DNA of 24,000 nucleotides from Burkholderia glumae LMG 2196 = ATCC 33617 (GTDB lineage Bacteria; Pseudomonadota; Gammaproteobacteria; Burkholderiales; Burkholderiaceae): NCBI RefSeq assembly GCF_000960995.1, contig NZ_CP009433.1, positions 3 to 24,002 of the forward strand, read 5' to 3'. Shown piece by piece: positions 1 to 8,900 of this stretch (position 1 is its first letter; each line of letters starts with the position of its first letter). The notes under the pieces were generated by a model. It saw only the letters and a program-made list of their open reading frames with translations, ran no database searches and was not told where the DNA came from. The position numbers and the translations under genes were made by a program.

Positions 1-2883
1 GCTCAGGTAGAAGCTGCCCGGTACGAGGATCTCGCCGGACAGCCGGTGGTCGCGCAAGAACGCGTGGCTGCGCGCGCTACAACGCTGCTCGAATACGATC
101 GAACCGTCCGCGACGTCGACGCGTGCGCCAAGTCCGGCCACCTCGACGCCAGGCGCAACGCCGGCAGCCTCGGCACCGTCCGGTTCGACCCAGTAGCGCT
201 TGCGCTGGAACGGATAGGTCGGCAGCGCAACTTTGACTGGCCGCTCGACGCGGTGCAGCGACTCCCAGTCCAATACCGCGCCGCGCACATACAGTGCCGC
301 CGCACTCTCCAGCATCTGCTCGACTTCCCCGCGCCCCGGGCGCAGGCTCGCCAACGACACCACCTCGCTGTCCGGCCCCAGCGTCTGCCGCGCCAGCGCC
401 GTCAGCGTCGGACGCGCGCCGATTTCCAGCACCACATCCACCCCATGCCCCACCAGCGCCTCGATCCCGAGACCAAACCGCACCGGCGCACGTGTATGCG
501 CCAACCAGTACCCCGCCCCCGCCACTTCCTCGCCCGACACCGCGCCGCTCACGTTCGACACCAGCGGCATCTGCGGTGCCGACAGCTGCGTCGCCTTCAA
601 CTGCGCCTCGTACGCCTCCAGCATCGGCTCCACCAGCGGCGAGTGAAACGCATGCGAGCCCGGCAGCCGATCCGTGCGTACCCCCTCCCGCTCCAGCCGC
701 ACGCGCAACGCCTCGATCCGTTCCGACGGCCCCGCCACCACCTGCTGCAACGGCCCGTTGAGCGCGGCGATCACCAGCCCGTCCCCCTGCTCCGCCAGCC
801 GCTCGCTTAACGTCGCCGCGTCCAGCATCACCGACAGCATCGCCCCGCCTGCGCAACGGCTCTGCATCAGCCGGCCGCGGCTCGCCACCAGCTTCAGCCC
901 CGCCTCCAGCGTCAACACCCCCGCCGCCTGCGCCGCCATGTACTCGCCCAGGCTGTGTCCCATCACCACCTGCGGCGTCACTCCCCAACTCTCCCACGTC
1001 CGCCTCAACGCATAACCCAGCGCGAACAGCGCCGGCTGCGTGTAGTCCGTGCGGTCCAGCAGCGCAGTCGACGCCCCGTACAGCACCTCCAGCAGCCCGA
1101 CCTCCAACTCGCCTTCCAGCACGCTCGCGCATTCGTCCAGCGCCGCCTTGAATACCGGCTCGCACTGGTACAGCTCCCGGCCCATTCCCCCATATTGCGA
1201 ACCCTGGCCCGTGAACAGCATCGCCACCCGAGGCCGGCGATTCCGGTACACCCCGCGCAACAGCGCTGGCTGTTCGCCACCCTCGCCGAACCCACGCAGC
1301 CGCGACACCAGCTCCGCTCGCTCGCGCACCACCCATGCCGCGCGCTGCTCGAACGCGCTGCGCCCCGTGTTCGCCGTGTAGCAGATCGACGCCAGATCCG
1401 CCGAGCCTTGCTCCACAAACGAGGCATAACGCTTCGACAGCGCGCGCAGGGCTTCCTCGCTGCGCGCCGACAGCGTCAGCACCTGCGCGCCGCGGCCCGT
1501 GCTCACCGCCTCGCGCACCACCTCCGGTACCGATTCCAGGATCGCGTGCGCATTCGTACCGCTGAAGCCGAACGAACTCACGCCGATCATCTTTAGCGGT
1601 GCGTCGTTTTCCATCAAACGCGTCGGCACCGCCAGCCCGCTGCCGGCCCAGTCGAAACGGGGGTTCGGATCCGCGAAGTTGAGGCTCGCGGGTACTCGCT
1701 GGTGCTGGAGCATCAGCACCGATTTGATCAGCCCCGCGATGCCCGCGGCGGCCTCCAGATGGCCGATGTTGGTTTTCACCGAACCGACAAGCAGCGGCTG
1801 CTGCGCGGTGCGTCCGCGCCCGTAGACCTTCGACAGCGCGGCCAGCTCAATCGGGTCGCCGAGCGGGGTGCCCGTGCCATGCGCCTCGACATAGCCAACC
1901 GCACCGGCTTCGACGCCGGCGTCCTTCAGCGCGGCTTCCAGCAGGCGCTCCTGCGCCCGGCCGTTCGGCACGGTCAGCCCGCTGCTCGCGCCGTCATGAT
2001 TGATCGCCGTGCCGCGAATCACCGCCAGGATCCGGTCACCATTCGCGCGCGCGTCGTCGAGCCGCTTCAGCACGATCACGCCGGCCCCTTCGCCCCGCAG
2101 ATAGCCGTCGGCTGCCGCATCGAACGTGTGGCAGCGGCCGGTCCGCGACAGCGCCCGGATCTTGCAGCAGAACACCGTGGACAGCGGCGACAGCATCAGC
2201 GCGACGCCGCCCGCGAGCGCCATGCCGCATTCACCCATGCGCAGGCTCTGGCACGCCTGGTGGACCGCGACCAGGCTCGCCGAGCACGCCGTGTCGACAA
2301 GCATCGTCGGCCCCTCGACGCCAAGCACGTAGGCGAGCCGGCCCGCCGCGATGCTCGGTGTGTTGCCGAGGCCCGCGTACGCATCGACACGCCGCGCGTC
2401 ACGCCCAAACGCGAGCCGCTCGTAATCATGCCAGCTCACGCCCATGAAAACGCCGCACGAGGCCCCCCGAACCGCGCTCGGCGCGATTCCGGCGTGCTCG
2501 AGCGCTTCCCAGCCCACCTCCAGCAACAGCCGTTGCTGAGGATCGAGCGACACGGCCTCGCGCTCCGAGATGCCGAAGAACGCCGGGTCAAAGCCGTCCA
2601 CCGCATCCAGGAAACCGCCGCGCCGCACGTACATCTTGCCCGGTGCCTCCGGATCGGGATCGAAGAAATGGTCAATGTCCCAGCGGTCCGCGGGACTCTC
2701 CGTCGTCACGTCCCGACCGTTCGATAGGACCTCCCAGAAGGCGTCCGGGCCCGCGACGTCGTGCGGAAAACGGCAGCCGATGCCGACGATCGCGATTGGC
2801 TGGCGCTGGGCCCGCTCGAGTGCCTCAACCCGCTCGCGCGCGAGCTTGAGCGCCTGCGCGATCCGTTGCTGTGTGGTAGTCAC
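1..2883 (-). CDS. Modular type I polyketide synthase, N-terminal part (docking helix, KS, AT, start of DH). The C-terminus lies beyond the left window edge.
   Basis: Absent from the ORF track because it has no stop codon in the window. Hand translation of the minus strand starts at GTG 2883-2881. This is the first start codon after the in-frame stop at 2901-2899, and GGGGA lies ~9 nt upstream. The frame stays open to position 1. Sequence read: VTTTQQRIAQALKLARERVEALERAQRQPIAIVGIGCRFP...VDTACSASLVAVHQA (KS Cys codon 2286-2284)...VEAHGTGTPLGDPIE...GSVKTNIGHLEAAAG...GVSSFGFSGTNAHAILE. The AT follows (GHSLGEY, Ser codon 954-952; HAFHS), then PTYPFQRKRYWVE, then the DH motif HRLSGEILVPG (His codon 48-46). 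Confidence 0.9.
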   Translation of the reverse strand, partial: MTTTQQRIAQALKLARERVEALERAQRQPIAIVGIGCRFPHDVAGPDAFWEVLSNGRDVTTESPADRWDIDHFFDPDPEAPGKMYVRRGGFLDAVDGFDPAFFGISEREAVSLDPQQRLLLEVGWEALEHAGIAPSAVRGASCGVFMGVSWHDYERLAFGRDARRVDAYAGLGNTPSIAAGRLAYVLGVEGPTMLVDTACSASLVAVHQACQSLRMGECGMALAGGVALMLSPLSTVFCCKIRALSRTGRCHTFDAAADGYLRGEGAGVIVLKRLDDARANGDRILAVIRGTAINHDGASSGLTVPNGRAQERLLEAALKDAGVEAGAVGYVEAHGTGTPLGDPIELAALSKVYGRGRTAQQPLLVGSVKTNIGHLEAAAGIAGLIKSVLMLQHQRVPASLNFADPNPRFDWAGSGLAVPTRLMENDAPLKMIGVSSFGFSGTNAHAILESVPEVVREAVSTGRGAQVLTLSARSEEALRALSKRYASFVEQGSADLASICYTANTGRSAFEQRAAWVVRERAELVSRLRGFGEGGEQPALLRGVYRNRRPRVAMLFTGQGSQYGGMGRELYQCEPVFKAALDECASVLEGELEVGLLEVLYGASTALLDRTDYTQPALFALGYALRRTWESWGVTPQVVMGHSLGEYMAAQAAGVLTLEAGLKLVASRGRLMQSRCAGGAMLSVMLDAATLSERLAEQGDGLVIAALNGPLQQVVAGPSERIEALRVRLEREGVRTDRLPGSHAFHSPLVEPMLEAYEAQLKATQLSAPQMPLVSNVSGAVSGEEVAGAGYWLAHTRAPVRFGLGIEALVGHGVDVVLEIGARPTLTALARQTLGPDSEVVSLASLRPGRGEVEQMLESAAALYVRGAVLDWESLHRVERPVKVALPTYPFQRKRYWVEPDGAEAAGVAPGVEVAGLGARVDVADGSIVFEQRCSARSHAFLRDHRLSGEILVPGSFYLS
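185..1562. repeat. Copy 1 of a 1378-bp near-identical direct repeat (KS C-terminus, KS-AT linker, AT, post-AT linker)
   Basis: Base-by-base comparison with 5790-7167 (offset 5605) gave only 4 mismatches, at 232, 237, 238 and 1505. Identity collapses immediately outside both ends. Confidence 0.95.
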
Positions 2884-2914
2884 CTTGATGTCCCCATATC
2901 AGTGCGCGTGCCGC

Positions 2915-5900
2915 TCAACGGCGCAGCGACGCCTCGAGGCGCGCCAGTTCCGCATCGACATCGTCCACGGCTTCCGCGGCCGCCGGCTCCGGACTCCCGA
3001 TCCCCGCCGCCGGCACGGCTTCGTCCGCCGCCGGCGCGCGCGCAGCCTTTAGCCGCTCGAACAGGAAGTCGGCGCCGAGTTCGACGTTGCCGTAGTCGAA
3101 CGCGAAGGTCGCCGGCAATGACAGTCTCAGGTCGCGCTGCACCTTGCTGCGAAACTCGACGGCGGCCAGCGAATCCAGCCCGAGTTCCAGGAAGCCACGA
3201 GTCGGCGCGACCTCCTCGGCGGAGCGGCCGAGCATCACCGCGATCTGCGCCTGCAGATAGATCGCCAGCGCGTCGCGCAAGGCCGGCAGCGCCAGCGCGT
3301 CGAAGCGGTCGCGCTCGTCGTGGGTCGCGACGCGTGCGGTGTCGGCCGCCTCCGTCGGGAGCCAGTCGGCGAGCAGCTTGCGCACGCCTTCGGACGGTTC
3401 CGTCTGCGCGTAGCGCTGCCAGTCGTCGTTACCGATCACGACCGTGGCCACGTCGGCGCGCCGTGCCGCTTCGATGTGTTTCAGAAGCTCGTCCGGCGCC
3501 AGCAGCTGCAGGCCGCGCGCGGTGGCCTTGTCGCGATGCGCGCGATCGAGCGAGGCTGCCATGCCGACTTCCGCGAACGGCCCCCACTGGATACTCGTTG
3601 CCGGCAGCCCGAGAGTGCGGCGGGCACCGACGAGCGCGTCGAGGTATGCGTTCGCCGCCGCATAATTTGCCTGCCCGGCAGTACCGAACAGCGCGCTGAT
3701 TGACGAGAAACAGACGAAGCAGTCGAGCGGCGCGTCGAGGCTCAGTGCATGCAGGTTGAGTGCGCCCGCGACCTTCGCGTGGAGCGGCACCGCAAACTCC
3801 GCCCAGGATTGGCCGCCCAGCACCCCGTCGCGCAGCGCGCCGGCCGCATGGAAGATGCCCTTAAGCGGAAACGGGCCGGATAGCACGGTCTCATGCCATG
3901 CGAGGCGCATCGCCGCAGGATCGGCGACGTCGCAGCGAGCCAGATCGACCGTGCAGCCCAGCTGACGCAGTGCGTCGATTGCGGTGGTCGCGGCAGCGTC
4001 AGGGGCGCCGCGCGACATCAGCACGAGCCGCTTGACGCCGGCCTTCGCGAGTTGCTGCGCAAGGCGCAAGCCCAGGCCGCCCAGCCCGCCAGTGATCAGA
4101 TAGCTGCCGTTCGACTCCAGCGAAGGCGCGTCCCGGCGGGCTGGTTTCACGCGCCCAAGGCGGGCGGCATGCACCGCGCCGTCCCGAATCGCAAGCTGCA
4201 GTTCGTCAGGTGCGGCGTGCAGCAGCGGCGCCAGTGCGGCGGCCGGGTCGGCCGTCGCCGGATCCAGGTCGATCGTACGGCACCCCCATTCCGGATGCTC
4301 GGCAGCGACTACGCGCGCGAGTCCGATCAGCGTCGCCTGTGCCGCGCGCTCAACGTTCAGCGTACCGCCAGGCTCTTGCGCGCCACGGGTGATGAAGTTC
4401 ACCCGAACCGGTCTGTCGACCTGCGTCAAGGCGCCGACGAGTGCGAGTGCGCCACCGCACAGCTGCGCTTGAACGGCGAGCGCATCGGCCGGCACCTCGG
4501 CCCCCACGCCGAGGTCCAGCGCGCGCAGGTCCACGACCTGCAGTGTGCCCTGGCCCGCACGCGCCGCGGCCGCGCGCAGCGTGTCACGCCATGCCGCCTC
4601 GCTCGCCGGATCGGCCAGCGCCACGGTCAGTTCGTCGCTGGTGTGCGATGCCGCATCGATTCGCAGGCAGCGCACACCCACGCCGCGCAATCGGGCGGCC
4701 AGCGCCGCACCGGCTCCCGCGCCGTCGCCGGCGATCAGCACGCAGTCGTCGGCCGGCAGCGGCGAAATCACCAGATCGTCGAGGCGCTGCCAACGGGGCG
4801 CGAACAGACGATCCGTTCCGTCACCCTGCAACAGCGTATGCACCGCGCTTCGATGCAAACGGCGCACCTCGAAGCCACGCACGTGCGCAATCACACGCCC
4901 CGAGTCCTCGAACACCCGGATATCCGCAGTCACGCCGTTTTCTTCACCCTCACCTTGTCGGACGATCCGTGCATGGACCCACAGGCGGTCGGTGGTGGGG
5001 CGGCCGTACAGACGATAGCTGTCGATGCTGAACGGCACATAGATGTAGTCCGTCTTCAGCAACTCCTCGGTTGCGAACTGCCAGCAGCTGTTGAGCAGTT
5101 GGAAACCCGATTCGACGAGGCCGGCGTGGAACGGCCCGTCGATCGGTTCGAGCAGCGCCGGCAAGCGCGTGCGACACAGCGCCTCCGCGTCACCGCGCCA
5201 GATCTCGTCGATCCATCGGAATGAATTGCCCGTGTCCATGCCGGGAATCCACACTTTTGAATAGAAATCGGCGCCCGACAGGTAGTCCGCGCAGCGCGCC
5301 TTGACCCCCTCCAGCTCCGATGCGTCCGGAGCCGGCGGCAGCGCGCGCGGGCCGCGAATGCTGCGGGCCTCGACATGCAGGGTCCACGCCGCGTCGTCGG
5401 CGGGATCGCGTTGCGGTGCGAGCGTGACCATCTCGATCGCATGCGACTGACCGGCCGCCGGCCGCATCACGATCTGCACCGAGCGCCGTCCCGCCTCGGG
5501 CATCACAAACGGCCGCAGGAACAGAATTTCGTCAACGACGCAGCCGGCCTCGCCGTAGACCGCCTCGGCGGCGGCCAGGAACATCGCGATATGCGATGCG
5601 CCGGGTACGACCATCGCGCCAAACAGGCGATGGTGGTCCACATAGGCAGGCCAATCCGGACGGAATTCCGCCTCGAAGCGGACCTCGGCCGAACGCGGCA
5701 GCTTCAGGCGCCGGCCGAGCAGCGTGTGCAGGCCGTTCTCTTCGGACGCCGCATGCCGGTGCGCGGATACATCGGCGTGTTGGCTCGCGTCGACCCAGTA
5801 GCGCTTGCGCTGGAACGGATAGGTCGGCAGCGCAACCTTGATCGGCCGCTCGACGCGGTGCAGCGACTCCCAGTCCAATACCGCGCCGCGCACATACAGT

Positions 5901-8900
5901 GCCGCCGCACTCTCCAGCATCTGCTCGACTTCCCCGCGCCCCGGGCGCAGGCTCGCCAACGACACCACCTCGCTGTCCGGCCCCAGCGTCTGCCGCGCCA
6001 GCGCCGTCAGCGTCGGACGCGCGCCGATTTCCAGCACCACATCCACCCCATGCCCCACCAGCGCCTCGATCCCGAGACCAAACCGCACCGGCGCACGTGT
6101 ATGCGCCAACCAGTACCCCGCCCCCGCCACTTCCTCGCCCGACACCGCGCCGCTCACGTTCGACACCAGCGGCATCTGCGGTGCCGACAGCTGCGTCGCC
6201 TTCAACTGCGCCTCGTACGCCTCCAGCATCGGCTCCACCAGCGGCGAGTGAAACGCATGCGAGCCCGGCAGCCGATCCGTGCGTACCCCCTCCCGCTCCA
6301 GCCGCACGCGCAACGCCTCGATCCGTTCCGACGGCCCCGCCACCACCTGCTGCAACGGCCCGTTGAGCGCGGCGATCACCAGCCCGTCCCCCTGCTCCGC
6401 CAGCCGCTCGCTTAACGTCGCCGCGTCCAGCATCACCGACAGCATCGCCCCGCCTGCGCAACGGCTCTGCATCAGCCGGCCGCGGCTCGCCACCAGCTTC
6501 AGCCCCGCCTCCAGCGTCAACACCCCCGCCGCCTGCGCCGCCATGTACTCGCCCAGGCTGTGTCCCATCACCACCTGCGGCGTCACTCCCCAACTCTCCC
6601 ACGTCCGCCTCAACGCATAACCCAGCGCGAACAGCGCCGGCTGCGTGTAGTCCGTGCGGTCCAGCAGCGCAGTCGACGCCCCGTACAGCACCTCCAGCAG
6701 CCCGACCTCCAACTCGCCTTCCAGCACGCTCGCGCATTCGTCCAGCGCCGCCTTGAATACCGGCTCGCACTGGTACAGCTCCCGGCCCATTCCCCCATAT
6801 TGCGAACCCTGGCCCGTGAACAGCATCGCCACCCGAGGCCGGCGATTCCGGTACACCCCGCGCAACAGCGCTGGCTGTTCGCCACCCTCGCCGAACCCAC
6901 GCAGCCGCGACACCAGCTCCGCTCGCTCGCGCACCACCCATGCCGCGCGCTGCTCGAACGCGCTGCGCCCCGTGTTCGCCGTGTAGCAGATCGACGCCAG
7001 ATCCGCCGAGCCTTGCTCCACAAACGAGGCATAACGCTTCGACAGCGCGCGCAGGGCTTCCTCGCTGCGCGCCGACAGCGTCAGCACCTGCGCGCCGCGG
7101 CCCGTGCTCGCCGCCTCGCGCACCACCTCCGGTACCGATTCCAGGATCGCGTGCGCATTCGTACCGCCGATCCCGAACGAACTTACGCCGGCAACGCGCA
7201 CGCCGCCCTCGGGGCTCCAGGCGCGCAACTGCGTATTGACAAAGAACGGGCTTGCGTCGAACGGAATATCCGGGTTGGTCTGCGTGCAGTGCAGGCTCGG
7301 CGGGATCTCGCCGTGAAATACCGTGAGGACCGCCTTGATCAACCCGGCGACGCCCGCCGCCTGATCGAGGTGTCCGATGTTGGTCTTGACCGAGCCGATC
7401 GCGCAGAAGCCGGTGTCCTCGGTCGATGCGCGGAACGCCTGCGTCAGCGCGGCGATCTCGATCGGATCGCCGAGCGGCGTCGCCGTGCCATGCGCCTCGA
7501 CGTAGCCGATCGCGCGTGGATCGACACCAGCCACCGCGTGCGCCTCCATGATTGCGGCTGCCTGACCGTCGACGCTCGGTGCGGTGTAGCCGACCTTGCC
7601 GGAGCCGTCGTTGTTGATCGCCGTTCCCTTCACCACCGCATAGATGCGGTCCCCGGCCGCGAGCGCGTCGTCGAGCCGTTTCAGCACGACCACGCCAGCG
7701 CCGCTGCCAAACACGGTGCCCGCGCCCTGCCTGTCGAATGCACGACAATGCCCGTCGGGCGACGCCACCATCCCTTCCTGGTACAAATAGCCGATACGAT
7801 GCGGAACGTGGATGCAGACCCCGCCGGCGAGCGCCCCGTCACACTCTCCGCGCAACAGGCTTTGCGCGGCCAGATGCACGGCGACCAGCGAAGTCGAGCA
7901 GGCCGTCTGCACGTTGACGCTTGGACCGTGCAGGTTCAAGCGGTAGCTGACCCGCGTCGGCAGGTGATCCTTCTCGTTGCTGATGCGGATCTGGAAGGCC
8001 GCCGCCGGTGCAGAGTCCGATTCGAGCGGCGCGAGTATCGATTTGTGATAGCCGCTCGCGTCCGAGCCCGCGAATACGCCAATCCTGTCCCCCTCCTTTT
8101 GCGGATCGATGCCGGCATCCTCGAGCGCCTGCCACGCGCATTCGAGAAAGATCCGCTGCTGTGGATCGAGCAGCTCGGCTTCGCGCGGGCTCATGCCGAA
8201 GAAGGTCGCGTCGAACTGGTCAATGTCGTCGAGCACGAAGCCCGCGCGTACGAAGTTCGGATCGGCGAGCAGCGCCGGCGAGACGCCCGCCTCGCGCAGC
8301 TCGGCCTCGCTGAATTCCGTGCGCGATTCGACGCCTTCGCGCAGGTTGCGCCAGAATGCATCGACGCTCGACGCGCCCGGTACCCGCACCCCGATCCCGA
8401 CCACGGCAACGCTCGCCGAGCCCACCGGCGTCTCGCCCCGGCCGCGTCCGCATGGCCGGACAACGGCACCGGCCGGCTTGCCGCGCGCGTCGAGATAGGC
8501 GGCCAGCCCGGCCACGGTTGGATTGCGGAAGAACTCGATGCGCGGCACGCGCGTGCCGAACGCCTGCTCGATCTTCTGCTGCATCTGCAGCAGCAACACC
8601 GAATGGCCACCGAGATCGAAGAAATTGATATCGACGTCCACCTCGGGTGTGCGCAGCACATCCCGCCAGATCGCCTGCACGCGCTCGAGCGTCGATCCGT
8701 GCGCCGCAGCCTGGGGCGCAGACGACGCCGCGCGGGTGAGTGCCGGCAGCCGATTGCGGTCGACCTTGCCGTTGTCGGTCAATGGCACCCGCTCGATGGG
8801 CACGAACCCCGCCGGAATCATGTAGTCGGGCAGTGTGCGGCGCAGACCCTCGCGCCACTGCGCCGAGCGGTCCGCGGCCGCGCCCTCGTCATGCACGACG

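Noticed and set aside
5532-7748. 738-aa minus-strand ORF rich in Gly/Ala/Arg (and its twin at 77-1336)
   Set aside because: It lies in a different frame of the same strand as the motif-rich 2671-aa NRPS-PKS ORF, has no recognisable motifs and has low-complexity composition. It is a typical high-GC shadow ORF.
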